A DNA stretch of 64,000 bases from Felis catus (taxonomy: Eukaryota): positions 8,246,001 to 8,310,000 of the forward strand of contig NC_058368.1 of NCBI RefSeq assembly GCF_018350175.1, written 5' to 3'. Of the stretch, positions 1 to 12,898 are shown piece by piece; positions within the stretch are counted from its first letter, which is position 1, and every line of letters begins with the position of its first letter. The translations under genes were made by a program, and so were the position numbers. A model generated the notes under the pieces. The model saw only the letters and a list, made by a program, of their open reading frames with translations, was not told the origin of the DNA and did not search any database.

Positions 1-129
1 GAACGGCAGACAGCAGAAAGGTGAAGCCTGGGTACCAGGCGACAGTGGCTGAATAAATTCCATTAAAAGTAGAAACTGCAGTGACACCACCAAGCGTTTC
101 TAAGAAGGCAATGCAAGCAAACAGGGTAC
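1..129 (-). CDS. SLC46A3: SLC46A3 exon 5 (partial, continues beyond the window start)
   Basis: Acceptor aaacag|GT at 130/129; encodes (G)TLFACIAFLETLGGVTAVSTFNGIYSATVAWYPGFTFLLSAV, the SLC46A3 C-terminal TM region. Confidence 0.94.
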
Positions 130-2589
130 CTGTTTGGGGTCAGGGTGTGGAAGGAGAAAAAGAAATGGCTTCGTGACAAAACAACGAACAGAACAAAGGG
201 AGAAAACTTACTCACTGGAAAAAACAAACACGGGGCACTGCTTGGTGAATGAAAGCTATTTCCTCCAAATCCTTGAGAAGTCAGTAACCCATTTTTGCAG
301 GTGGAGACACTGAGATCATGAGGTCCGCTTGGACTTGATGTGACGGAAGGTGAAAACACAATAGTTCCCATGTCGGTAGGGCAAAGGTAAAAGGCAACGA
401 CATCTGACACATTTGAAACCCACAGTCTCCTGTCCCTGAACAGCCGCAGGCATAGCCACAACTACATAGCCCTGACGTTCAAGCTTATTTCCCACTCTCA
501 GTCCCCAAGCTGGGGACATCTGTGACACACCTCCTATGTGCAGGTGGCTCCTACCAGCAAAGGTCCCACCCGAGGAGCCTTTTGAGTTAAAGCAATCCTT
601 TTCATCTGCTTCTCAGATCTGGCAAAAGTGACAGCTGCAGACAAAGACAGATGATGGCACACGCTTTCTGCAGCGTGGACTGGATCCCTCCCTCCAAAGT
701 GCCGGCAAGTTGAGCAGCCACAAGGTTCCTTTGTGTGACTCCTCAAGTAACTGTCTGTGCTCTAGTTATGCCACGGTTTGATGCGAAGTGAGTCTTTTCT
801 GCCTTCCCTGCCTGAAACGGCTTCCACGCTAAGGTGGCTCACGAGACTGAGTGAGCGGGGATCCCACCGCTGCCCGGCACCCCTGCCCGCCTACCACGGT
901 TGGTCGAGGGCAGGCCCCGGAGCATCGTTCGAGGAGCGTAGGGTGGCTGCATGGTCAGTCCAAGTTCATAATCCGAGAAAAGGGGGCACAAATTCTACCA
1001 ATGTTTCGTTCTGTCTGCAACCCAAGACCACGCTGACTGAGCAGTTAAACCTCTAAAGGACAGGCGGGTCATCTCGATGTACTTGTCTTCCTCTTTGCCC
1101 TATTTTGCATCACCAGATGAAAAGCTTTGTCCTGGTTTTCCGCTCTTCTTGATGTCCCCGGTAGAAGTCCCTACGTGGCTTTGGCAGACTCTATCATTGA
1201 GCCGTTGTGCTTGTTCCCTGCTTTGCCAAGTTTACTTTTCCACGAGAAGTTGTGATGTATTTTTTCTACAAACAATGCAAATCATGTAAATAACTGTATT
1301 TGATTGGACTGGTGAGAAGGAAAAGGCAAGCACGAGGGTCACCCTTCATAACCAGATAATGGCTTACACTGTCCGTGTTTTAATTTTCCCCGTGGTCTTG
1401 GTCTTGTAGACCGTGTGGCGTATGGGTTTTTATCTACTGAGACTTTTTACCCTGGTATACATCTTCTCGTACGTGGCTTCTAATTCTTCACCGAATGACA
1501 GGTCACATGTTCATAAAACATAAACATATCTCTGAAGAATACTGTGCTTTCACGTACATGTCTTCTTTTGACTAAAACGAAAGCTCTGTTCATGCCAAGT
1601 GCACATCTACTCTGTTTACTGCTGTGTCCCAGGGCCTGTCTGTCCTGGCACATGGAAGACGTTTAACCCGTATTTGTCGAATGAATGAAAAAAAGCTTCA
1701 TTCAAGAGCCCAGTTACCAATCAGCAAGTAGTACACAGACCTGTTGCCTCCATGATTTATGATAAAACACGAAGTCAGTTCAGTTGGGAGGAAGTTCTCC
1801 TACCTGTCTATGCGATTATCTTCTTCTATTTCTGATCCCTTGCTACAGCCAGGCACAGTGCCATGGAGGACAGACTGGACAGATGTAGTCCTATTTTGCA
1901 ATGACCTAACTCGATTCTTGACAGAAAGCTGGCCAGGTGGTACGTGTGTCTGGCATAAACAGCCATCCTGTGACACAGTAGGGTTCACCTGTCGCTCAAC
2001 TTTCTCGAGCAGTTCAACTTGTGTCACAGTCACCAGGGATAAACTGGATTAAGTAATCAGCCCATTGTTTCGTATCTATACTTTTTCTTAATCCGGTAGG
2101 TTTCAAAAGTCGAGTGTGTTTTTCCGGTGTTCCAAGTAATCACAAAGAGTGCGCAGGGAGCAGCAAGGCAAGAGGTAGTCTGGGGTGGCTTTAGCTGGGA
2201 GTTTCACAGCTGTATGGAGCACAGAGATTCCGAAACAATCCAGTTTCCTCTCCTTTCTCATTCAAGATGCTGGGGATACTGAGAGACTCATGAAAACCTC
2301 CGTGGCACTTCCTTTCTCCTCTGATTACCTTAAAGCACCTAACATTTTCACGAAAATATCCCGTTTTTAAAAAAGTAATGCAGGACCAGAATATACTCAG
2401 TAGGGAAGCTCTGACATCAGCAAAAGGCTTTCTTAGTGAAAATCCAAAAAACAAAACATTTTAAAGTGTCACTTTAAATAGCCTTTGTACGTAGACTACA
2501 CCAAATAAAAACCAAAACAAACCAGGCACTCTGAGAAGTCTCTTTTAGCTCCAAGTTGTGAAGCAGGTAGATGTTTCTTTTTCTCCTGA

Positions 2590-3780
2590 ACAGCTCTACC
2601 GAGGTATAATTCACACACCCTAGAACCCGCCCCTTTAAACTGCACAGTTAACGGAGCTGTGCAGCCTCACCCCAGAAGAAACTGTACCCATTAGCAATCT
2701 CTCCCTTTCTCTCCAGCCCTGGACAGGACTTACCTGATTTCTGTCTCCATGGGTTTGCCTTTTCTGAATGTTTCACATAAATGGAGTATTTATACGACAA
2801 TGTGTGACCTTTTTGTGTCGGGCTTCTTCATTTCCATAATGATTTCAAGGTTCATCCATGGGGTAGCGGGTATCATCAGTACTTTATTTTTATTGCCAAA
2901 TAATATTTCATTGGGCCGATATACCACATGGCATCTATCCATGCATCAGTTCATGGACGTTTACATTTGTCTTTACTTTTTGGCTACTATAAATAATGCT
3001 GCTGTGAACACTTGTGTGCAGGATTTTTTGTGGGCATATGTTTTCATTTCCTTTGGGATTTCAATTCCATTCTATTTCTAGGAATGGAATTGCTGAGTCC
3101 TAAGGGAATTTTATTTAACTTTCTCAGGAGCTACCAAACTGTTTTGGCAAAATGGGTGCATCATTTTATGTTCCCACCAGCAGTGTAGGAGGGTTCCAGG
3201 TTCCCCACATCCTGACCATCTCTTGTTACGGTCTTTCCATTTCAGCCATCCTGGTGGGTCTCACTGTGGTTTTGGTTTGCATTTCCCTGAAGGCTAATGA
3301 TGTTGAGCATTTATTCATATAATTCTTGGCCATTTGTACAGCTTTTTGGAGAGATGTCTATTCAAATCTGTTGCCTATATAGTTGGGATGTCTTTTGATT
3401 GTTTTTTTTTTTTAATTCCAGTGTAGTTAACACACAGTGTTATATTAGTCCCAGGTGTACAATATAGTGATCCAGTGGATCACTATACTACTCAGTATAG
3501 TATCACATATACTACTCAGTGCCCATCCAGATAAGTGTATTCTTAATCCTCCTTACCTATTTCATCCATTCCCCTCCCCCACCTCCCAAGTTCCTTATTA
3601 GACATGTGATTTACTCATATATTCTCACACTCTGTAGCTTGTCTTTTCACTCTCTGGATGGTGTCCTTTAAAGTGCAAAAGCTCTTAATTTGGATAAAGT
3701 CTAATTTATCTATTGTTCTTTTGTTGTTGTGCTTTTGGTGTCATACCTAAGAAACCATTGTAACCCAAAGAAGCAGGTAT
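2590..3780 (-). mobile_element. Old L1 (L1MA/MB-like) 3' fragment in SLC46A3 intron 4
   Basis: Antisense L1 3'UTR/ORF2-end motifs (ttggctactataaataatgctgctgtgaac; ttcccaccagcagtgtaggagggttcc; gcatttccctgaaggctaatgatgttgagcat). Confidence 0.85.
3402..3590 (-). mobile_element. Short carnivore L1 3' end nested in the older L1
   Basis: Poly(T) followed by aattccagtgtagttaacacacagtgttatattag..., same type as the fragment at 40086-40214. Confidence 0.75.
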
Positions 3781-5290
3781 ATTTTTACATATTACAGTTA
3801 CAAATTTTTATATTCCTAAGTGGTTTTCCAGTCAGTCCTCATTACATAATCTATAAACAGCTGTGTGCATATACAGTGACATGGGTGGAAGAGAATCAAG
3901 AAATATATTTTTAAAGGCACTGAATTAGCAGTCTTCCCCAGTGTTGACTAAACTGCCATAAATACAGTAGCCTAGATATGAATGGTCCATCAACAATATG
4001 AATATCTGCACCAGGCTGAGGCATGAAACAAAAGAAATCTCCGAAATCTAACAATATTCACATGGTACAGATATGCCTAATATCTAACTAGTAACTAGTT
4101 CTAACTAGAAATTTAATTTTTTTGTCCTTTTGTATTGGTTATTCTCTGCCCTCCCACTTTAGCTGTTTGATCTCCTGTGTCCTGCTCTGTGCTTGGGAGG
4201 CTGATAGATTTACTCCTATCGAATGACGTGGATTTCCTTGCTAATCTGACTTTCTGTCGCACTTGGGTCAACGAGATGAAGGTGGAGAGAAAGCTTGTAG
4301 TGTCTTGTCTCTGCTCCCTATTTGGGCCACCTTCTCTGGGTGCCTTCTCCACTGCCCACTCCGCCATACTGCTTGGACTTCATGAAAGTCGCTATGGAAC
4401 CAGCTGAGTGGGATCCTGTTTTTGCTAGGATTCGAATTCAGGCCCAGCCCTAACATTTGTGGGGTCCAGTGTAAGAATACACTTAGAAGCCTATATATTA
4501 TATTGTAAGTATTTGTGAGTTACAGTTCTAACGAACAGACTGTTCAGTAAGCTATGTTTCAACTACCCGCTCTGAGAAATATGCCTTCTATACCTTCACG
4601 ATGATTTGGAAGGTCAGACACAGACTCCGAATTCTCAGACTCTTTGGAGTTCTGTGGAGGAACATGGCAGCACTGGCCGAGCTAGCTGGCCCTTGGCCCT
4701 CAGTCCCCAGCTGCAGGGTGCAGTCCGCCCACGCTGTGTTCTATCTCTTGCTCCATCCTGCTCAGAAAGGATCATTTACACATGGCTGTACACACCCCAC
4801 TCTGCAATGCCAAGGTTGGGCTAGTTCTATGAAGAGTGATGGCTTGGCTACCCCTTTGGTCTAGAGGGGAACACACGGTCTACCCTCAGGAGAAAGGGTC
4901 TGAGGAAGAGGACCACCCAGGCACTGAAAGACATGAACCCAAAACTGTTTGGCTGGGAATTATGGGTCCCGGATACCCAGAGTATAGTCTAGAAGGGGGA
5001 GGTGTTGTGAGCTCCCGGGTGGGCATCTGCCTGGCCCTGAGCACTCCTCTACTCTTGAGGCAAGGCCTGGCTAGATGCAAGCCTTCTAAAGCGGGAGACG
5101 CTGGGCAGGGCACCCCTGCCTGAACATAAGCCTCTACCGAACACAGAATTTACTTACCACTTAATTCAAAAGGCGTTCTGAACAAAAAAAGTGTTGTAGA
5201 ATATTCGGAAGAATCAAACATCGGTTGTCCATAGATTTCAGTTGATACAGATTGTAAACTCATTATATTCATTGAGCAAATTAAACTCAC

Positions 5291-5374
5291 CTTGTTCAGT
5301 AGAACGAACCACTTTTGATATCATGGACCGTAGAACAGAGAGCGGCACGATCGTGAAAAGGAATGGCAACCTGA
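5291..5374 (-). CDS. SLC46A3: SLC46A3 exon 4 (84 nt)
   Basis: Read manually, not in the ORF track: acceptor ttacag|, encodes (V)RLPFLFTIVPLSVLRSMISKVVRSTEQ(G), donor AAG|gtgagt; phase 1-1 fits both neighbours. Confidence 0.94.
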
Positions 5375-6004
5375 CTGTAAGAGAAATGGTGGGAAATCAC
5401 TGGCCAAGTCAGAAGACGAATGGCCAGTTTTAAATGTGAAATACTTTCTTTCTGTGTCCTTTTCTATAAGCATCCTACCTCATTGCATCTAAGGACTGAA
5501 TTAATTAATTGTAGACTTCGGTCTCATGACTTAAGAGAACACTATAGATGGGTCAGCTAAAGGTTACTTTACTTTGTTATTCTGGGAGTAAGAATAAGAG
5601 TTCATGGAGGTTTTAGGTCCTTGGGATTAGAACTGCGATTGGGACTGATGTGCTGTTTCCCTGATTATTACAGTGACCTCTCGTTCAGCAAGTTGTGACT
5701 TAGCTTTCTTCATGTATTTTCTGGTTTTGCTTCCTTAGACTTGACGTTCTTAGTGTTAGCATGCTTTTAGTATATTGACACACTTATCGAGAAATTGGTT
5801 ATCTTTCTGCTTGTTCATCTTTGTGCTGAATCATTTTATGAGCCCAGATCACCTCTCCTCTTCAATTATGACCCCTGATAGTAGCATTTCTAGTTCTTTG
5901 ACAAAACAGTAATAGATTATTTTTGCAGATGATGTTAAAGTTTTCACGCACATATCAACTTACTTGATTGACCTTGGCAATTCCAAGGGAGACAGGGAGA
6001 ACCG

Positions 6005-6190
6005 ACATTTACTGAATACCAGGCCTTGTGCTAAGTGCTTTGCAGGGATCTCGTCTAATATTCTTGTAACCCTCTGAATTAGGTACTACTGTGCCCATTT
6101 TACATTTGAATAAATGAAGGCCCTGAGTACTTGAGTAATTTGCTTAAGATCACCTGGTGCCATATAGATGGACATTAAACCTGATTCTCT
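6005..6190. mobile_element. MIR fragment
   Basis: MIR core-like ggtactactgtgcccattttacatttgaataaatgaaggccctgag...aatttgcttaagatcac. Confidence 0.6.
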
Positions 6191-6520
6191 TTGGTCACCC
6201 TGCTTCCCTGCAAGGTAGCAAGAGGTTGGCAGTGGCTTTGTAGAAAAAGATGAAATCGGACGTTTCCTAAGGTCCCACTTGACAGATCCCTTAGCTCTTT
6301 CAAAGGCGGCATCTCACTCAAGCCCTACAGAAACCACCTGTGGGGTAGGTAGTCGAGGAAGTGGTCCAGTTTGCCAAAAAATGATTTATCAAAAGCCAAT
6401 TGACGGAATGACCAATTTGCAAAACCTTGTCTTAAAGAATTTTCTTCTTGAATATATTCAACAAATGTGAATTTTATAAATCTTTTGAGTTTATTTTATG
6501 TGATGATCTTTAATTCTTAT

Positions 6521-6630
6521 GGGGCGCCTGGTGGCTCAGCCAGTGGAGCGTATGACTCTTGATCTTGGGGTTGTGAGTGAGCTCCACGTTGGATGTGGAG
6601 ATTACTTAAAAATAAAATCTTAAAAAATAA
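6521..6630 (+). mobile_element. Short, older Can-SINE in intron 3
   Basis: ggggcgcctggtggctcagc head, tgactcttgatcttggggttgtgag body, A-rich tail. Confidence 0.85.
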
Positions 6631-6957
6631 TTTTTAAAAAGTTTTATGGAAAGTAGTCTTCTTAGCAGCACTTTAAGAAATATTCAAGTTGGCAGAAAGC
6701 TCTATTGAAGAATTGACTCACAAGAAGAATGCTTCTCAAAACAATTTTTTGGCAAGTATGCAAATTTAGAAAATTGTGGTTAATCATTAGTGTTTTTTAA
6801 ACCAATTGGCTTTCACTTCCTGGCAAAGTGCCTTAACTGAACTAGAATGCGTTAAATAGAGAATGTTAAACTAAAAGTTTCTCACCCAGCAGACTAAATT
6901 CATTTTATATAAACATCAAATACATGGTTAGTTCTAAGGCTACATTTTGTATCTTAC

Positions 6958-7828
6958 CTAAAAACATCATTAATGTCGTTCTGGCAAAAGCAGTCATAAC
7001 CATTCCTGCCATGGTGGTAAAGATTCCAATGAAGGCCATGTGAATGTCTTCCATACAGTAAGAAAAAAGCCATATTCCTAGGAAACTGCTGAAAAAGGTA
7101 ATGCTACCCAGAGCCGATCCATAACCTATAAAGACTTCATTCCAGCAGAGTGGGGAATCCAATTCATAAAGGATAAAAATGGGGGAAATGCCAATTGTCA
7201 CGAAAAAATAAGTGATCATTGTAAAAAGTAACAAACAGAGAAAATACCGTCGCTTACCAGAAGCATTTTTAAAAAGCATGTAAGTTCGGTAAAATAGGTT
7301 TTTAAAGCCTTCGCTACATGATATGGCAACATTCGGAGATGAAGATTCTTTCAATGAATCGCCAAGAAAAAATAAAATATAAATCAAGTTAACAGCAAAA
7401 GCCATACTAATAATGAAAAAGGACCACACAAAACCTAGTTCTCTGATAAAATAGCCAGAAGACAGTCCCGTTAATCCAGTGACAAGTCCAAGTATGAAGT
7501 CAATTATAGCTATTCGAATTGTTCTTTGTTTCTGTTCTACACATTGATCAACTACGTAGGCAAAACAGGCCCCTAAAAATGTGGTAGAATTGCCACACAG
7601 TGCACCGATAAAGGTGGATGCAATCAGAAGCTGGACTGGAAAAGCAAAGTAGGAGAGCACACAGAGCCAAACACTGGTTGCAAGGGCACCAGCGGAAGAC
7701 AAAATCAAAGGGAACTTCCGCCCTCGATGATCACTATGAGACAGAAGTATGAACGTAGACACTAGACCAGGAATTAGCCCACTTATGTCCATCTGCAGAT
7801 TAAAGAGAGACACCTTCTTCTGAACTTC
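6958..7828 (-). CDS. SLC46A3: SLC46A3 exon 3 (871 nt, most transmembrane helices)
   Basis: Within ORF 6905..7834: EVQKKVSLFNLQMDISGLIPGLV...SDHRGRK (MFS motif-A-like)...TTLMMFL. Acceptor tttgcag|GAA at 7829/7828 and donor TTAG|gtaaga at 6958/6957; in frame with exons 2 and 4. Confidence 0.97.
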
Positions 7829-8779
7829 CTGCAAAGAAACAAAAAGAAGAGGATGTGTTTACAGAGATATAGACAACATGCATGAAAATATCACAGCGCG
7901 TGCTTTTCTTTTTTCCAGTACGTCGCCAATAAGGAATCTCTGCGGCATGGGTTTGATACAGCCTGAAAATTCATCCAGTTCACAAAGCAAATATCAAGAG
8001 GTGACACAGGAATCAAAGCTCAGTCATAATATTCAAGTACCGTGGCGGGGACTTTCACTCATAAAAAGAAAATTGGGTATTGCGGCGCGTCTGTCTTATA
8101 TAGGGGCTCCACAGACCCCAAGACATCTGGGACTGGCCATATAAGGACATTTCTTCCTTCTGTGAACAGCTAGCACGGAGATCATGACCACTGTTGTAAA
8201 GCAAGAGCAACACCCTTTCCCGTGACAGATCCTTCTGTCTACTTAAAAGGGAATGAATATCACGTGTAAATGTCATACTCGATAGACCTTTATTTAGGAG
8301 GCACTCAGTTGCTTTTTTCATTTTCACATGTGTCTCCACAAATAAGTTTCTTCCAGTTTCTTTCTTTCCTTACTAAAAAATAAGATAAAACCCCAAGAGA
8401 AGCTTTGCACTGACGAAGACGGATGGTAGCACGCCATGAACTGAGGAGGAAGGTAAATCCAGCTTCTCCAAGCCAACACAACCGGGGGCACACACAGGCT
8501 GGAAGATGTTACAGTCGCTGCACTGGTTGTTTGATGGAGAGCATTTGGGGTGATTTCTGTTTGCCACCTCTCTCTGTATTTTCCAAGTTTTATGTAGAGT
8601 ATGTGCCGTTTTTATAACAGGGATTACTAAACTCATTTTTAAAAACAGATGGATTCATGTAATATTTAGAAAGCACCCTAGAACAACTGATGAAAAATCA
8701 AGTACTGAAATTAATGATCTTTTAAAAGAGTGAGCCTGTGTTTATTTTTATACATCCATATAATGCAAGTAACTTCCCG

Positions 8780-10150
8780 TTACCAGGAAGTGTTGTCGTC
8801 ACTAAGACTCAAAACTCCAGTCGTCTTTGTTTCTGGCCTTTCCCTTCACCCATGCCTGCCAACACCCGGTGCTTCTCATGACCTCTGCCTCTTTCCGGTC
8901 CCATCACTGCCACTGGGAGCACAAGGCTCCTAGTGCTCACCAGGACTCCCCGGGCACCTTGCTTTCCCTCTCTTCAATTTGGTCTATGACCCAGCCTCGT
9001 CACTTTGTGGATCACACACCCTAATGGTGGGAGCGGCTTGCCAAAACACACTAGTGGCATGTCTCTCACCTGCTTATTAGCCCTCTGCCTGCTAGAGAAA
9101 GCTCACGCTTTCCATGTCTGTTATGTTAGGCCACCCAGATGAGGTCCAACCCCACTCTTCAGCATGATCTCCACTCCTTTCCCCAATACGCCATGTTACA
9201 GGCACAGGCCTTAGTCAAGTCCAACTTGGATTTGCCTGAAATGCCCAAACAGATGTAATCTCTCCTGCTGAACCTTCTCATCTGGCCATTATCGTTCTTC
9301 AGTTGCACTTTTTTGTGTAGCGATTAAGAGCTCTGGAGTCAGATCGATCTAGATTCAGAAGGAGCCTGTTCTTTACATAGCAATTAGAGTGATTTTTATT
9401 TTTTTTTTAAAACGTTTATTTATTATTGAGAGACAGAGAGACACAGAGCATGAGCAGGAGAGGGGTAGAGATAGGGGGAGACACAGAATCCGAAACAAGC
9501 TCCAGGCTCTGAGCTGTCAGCACAGAGCCCGACGCGGGGCTCGAACTCACAAACTGCAAGATCATGACCCGAGCCGAAGTCGGTCACTTAACCAACTGAG
9601 CCACCCAGGCGCCCCTAGAGTGATTTTTAAAAACACACCAACCAGCTCACGTTACTCCTCTACCCAAAATCCCTCGGTGGCTTTCCTGACAGTGGAATAA
9701 ATCCGAATTCCTTGCCACGGTGTGGGCGGCGATATCATGACTTCTCTGATTTCAGGTCTGCCTCTTGGCTCCCCTCAGCCACATGCATTCCTCAGACACT
9801 CCACGCTCATTCACTTGTTTTGTACTTGCTGTGCCTTTTGCGATGACCACACGGCTCACTTCCTCAATTCAAAAGTCACTTCCTCAGAAGCCTTCTGTGA
9901 GCCATCCAGAGCAACCCCATCAACCCCCACCCAGGGCTCCATGCCCTTATCTGGCTATAGTTTTCTTTAGAGACTTGCCCCACCCCCACAGGGTGGGTTA
10001 CTTTAATGGAGCTGCTCACCGTGTGCCCTCTCCACTACCACTAAGCTCTGGGAGGGCGGGCACTCGGTCTTCTTTACCACATCATCACGGATTCCAACCA
10101 AGTGCTTCACAGGGTGCCCCACAGACACTGGTTGTACCAGTGAATAAGCA
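8780..10150. mobile_element. Degenerate L2/MIR fragments interrupted by a SINE
   Basis: L2 3'-like motifs (cactcctctacccaaaatccctcggtggctttcc; gtcacttcctcagaagccttct; gtgaataag terminus). Confidence 0.5.
9399..9615 (-). mobile_element. SINEC_Fc-like SINE with 14-bp TSD
   Basis: Full Can-SINE, reverse strand; tagagtgattttta at 9385-9398 and 9616-9629. Confidence 0.95.
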
Positions 10151-10664
10151 GATAAAATAGGCGATGCGCTAGCTGTGTGTGATGCCGACCAAATTATTTA
10201 TCCCTATAGCTTCATCTGACAAGAGGGGGGTATGAAGAGTCCCTATCTTGCAGGCTGTTGTGAGTGTGAGATTTAAAGTCAGCATGTCGACATAAGGCAC
10301 ACCGCAGAGACCCTATTATACGTTCACGCTTAGTCAACTCTGGTAGTTTCATTTTTACTAGGGCAGGCTTCTCGCGCACATCGTTGTGGCTCTACGGTTA
10401 TAAAAGCCATCAAGTAAATATTTACCGAATAAAGAAGTAAATCAATCATTTTTTAATCAGCTTCTCAACAAGATATTCCAGTTTGGGATTCCTCTTCCCA
10501 TTCCCACCCCTCCCCCATATCTGATCTTTCTAACCCAACCTCTTACGCAGACTTCTCTCCTCATCTGCAATCTATTCCTTTTAAACTCTGGAGAATCATA
10601 ATTAGGTAAGGGCAAATGGAAGAAATCAGAGTAAAAAGTGCTATGTCTTATACAAGACTGAACA

Positions 10665-10878
10665 GGGTGGCTCAAGCATCCGACTCTTGACTTCAGCTCA
10701 GGTTATGATCTCACGGTTCAGTTCATGAGTTCGAGCCCTGCGCCTGACTCTGCACCGACAGCGTGGAGCCTGCTTGGGGTCCTCTCTCTCTCCCACCCGT
10801 TCACTCGTGCACGCACACTCGCACACTCTCTCTCAGAATAAACTTTGAAATAAAACTAAAAAAAAAAAAAAAAAAAAA
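10665..10878 (+). mobile_element. Can-SINE with TSD
   Basis: gggtggctcaag...A tail; flanks aagactgaacag / aagaccgaacag. Confidence 0.92.
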
Positions 10879-11931
10879 GACCGAACAGAAGGACAATGTA
10901 CTGAGACAAGTGTAAATTACATTAAGGAAAGGAATATCAATTTTCAAAAAGTCACGATTCCATAGGCTGTAGTATATATAGTAATTACAATTGAGTAGAA
11001 AACATTATCTGCTGGTAGTAAGGGACTGTGTTAGTTCTTTAAAGGGTTATAAGTAAATTACTGAACAAGAACAATTTCACGATCTGGTTGACACCACCTT
11101 GCCCCCTCAACTAGCAGGGTCCCTGTCTTGATAGCACTTGAAGAGAAGAGACCAAATTGGCCAGTTTAGCACCTCAAAACCAGTCGTTTAACCTGGGAAG
11201 GAGAGGATGGCAAGGGGCTTCAAAATTCCTTCCTCCACACAAGTCAACAAACATGCTTAGAATTCCCTACCTCTTCTGCGTTAGCCAAGAGTGTCCTTCC
11301 CACAGCCTTGCCATTTTGTTAAGAGGCCCTTTAGAGATTAATCTTGCTCAAGAGAAGTATGTAGGTGCATCTTACAGTCACAAGACTCAGAAAACTCAAA
11401 GATTCGGAAAGTAGGTTAGATGAATATTTATATGTATATTTATATGTCTATATACATTTGACCCTACTAGGTTGAAAAATAAGACTTTTCATTCATATAG
11501 ACTTTCAAACTGTTAAGTATAAGTGAAATAGCTTAGTTTATTCTTATATCTATACCCTGAAATTCATATTATTATCTTGCATTCCAATACATGTGTCTGT
11601 GTCTGTGTATTTGTTATATAGAAGGATAAATAAATATAGTATCACAGTAAGAAGTTCAATACACTATTGTATTATGCACTCTTCTTACAAATAATTGGTC
11701 TTTCGGGGGAGTGGCAAAGAAAAATTTGAACTGAAAAAAATCCTTTGTTTTATTCAGGACTGACTCTGTGTGTCCTATGACATTTTATTTTTAGGGTTAC
11801 AAGAACAGTTCTCAAACCCCTAAATTTCTTTAAGTCAGCAAGTGCCCAGCACCCACCCCCAGCAGAGCTGGGAATTGAGAAGGAAGGTCCTAAAACAGGG
11901 AACATTTGTCCTTGGATTTAAAGGTAAGAGA

Positions 11932-12147
11932 GGGGCGCCTGGGTGGCTCAGTCAGTTAAGTGTCCGCCTTCAGCTCAGATCACGATCTCACCGTTTGTGA
12001 ATCCGAGCCCCACGTCAGGCTCTGTGCCAACAGCTCGGAGCCTGGAGCCTGCTTCGGATTCTCTGTTTCCCTCTCTCTGCCCCTCCCTCACTTGCACTTT
12101 GTGTGTGTCTCTCTCTCAAAAACAAAGAAACATTAAAAAAATAAAAA
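11932..12147 (+). mobile_element. SINEC_Fc-like SINE with TSD
   Basis: ggggcgcctgggtggctcagtcagttaag head, CT-rich body, A tail; taaaggtaagaga on both sides. Confidence 0.95.
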
Positions 12148-12754
12148 TAAAGGTAAGAGAATATTCTTATATTGAGCAGGAACAGTATCCAGAAAAGGGG
12201 CCAGAGGGAAATGCTGAAGGAGATGGGGGTGCCTCCTGGGAAGCAAAAATGCTCCTGTGACCTAAGGAGCAAAAAGTGAGTGGCCTGCCTGCCCTGTCCC
12301 AATTGTGGGTGGGGACAGTCATGCTTTCTAGTTCCCCAATCTGAGAAAAAGCATCTGTCGCTCTAGAGCACCAAGTTTAAGAGAAGGGATCTAGGGCACT
12401 ATGTTTTCTTGAATATTAATCTAATTAAAAAACAATTAATGAAACAACAATTAAACACTGGGCAGAAATTTTCAAAATGAGACCACTGCTCTGGGCAGTG
12501 GGGGCCTCTCAGCAGCTGGGTAAGGCCAGAGGCGGCCAGTACTCATCACCTGCACAGTCACAGAGGCCAACAACATGACTGAACCACGGCCTGTCTCCCC
12601 TCACTCTGGGAGGGCAAGGGCAGCAGACTTTTCCACACGTTCAAGTCCTCTCCCCCTCTGTCCTTCCCACTGCTCCCAGGTGTCTGCTGTAGGAAAGCAT
12701 GGAATCCAATATAGAAACCGATGAGCCTACTGAACCTTTTCACTCCCTGGGAGT

Positions 12755-12898
12755 TTATATATAATATATAAATATATATAATTATATATTCATATATTTA
12801 TTAATATAAATATATTTATAATATTTATAAAATATTTATATATATTTATTTATATATTTATTATATATATTATGTATAAAATATATAATATATATATA
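12755..12898. repeat. AT-rich low-complexity / degenerate (TA)n
   Basis: About 140 bp almost entirely A/T. Confidence 0.9.

Noticed and set aside
1800..2033. Minus-strand ORF ending near a CAG|gtagga donor-like site as an extra SLC46A3 exon
   Set aside because: Exons 4 and 5 already join in frame, the peptide is unrelated to MFS transporters, and there is no clear acceptor.
6357..6820. 11-bp inverted matches (6371/6745 and 6392/6803) as transposon terminal inverted repeats
   Set aside because: The pairs are not in nested order; possibly an old DNA element, but I cannot assign it.
6905..7834. 309-aa ORF as a standalone gene
   Set aside because: It is SLC46A3 exon 3 plus intronic read-through; it starts at a TTG within the acceptor, and the tail after 6958 is intron.
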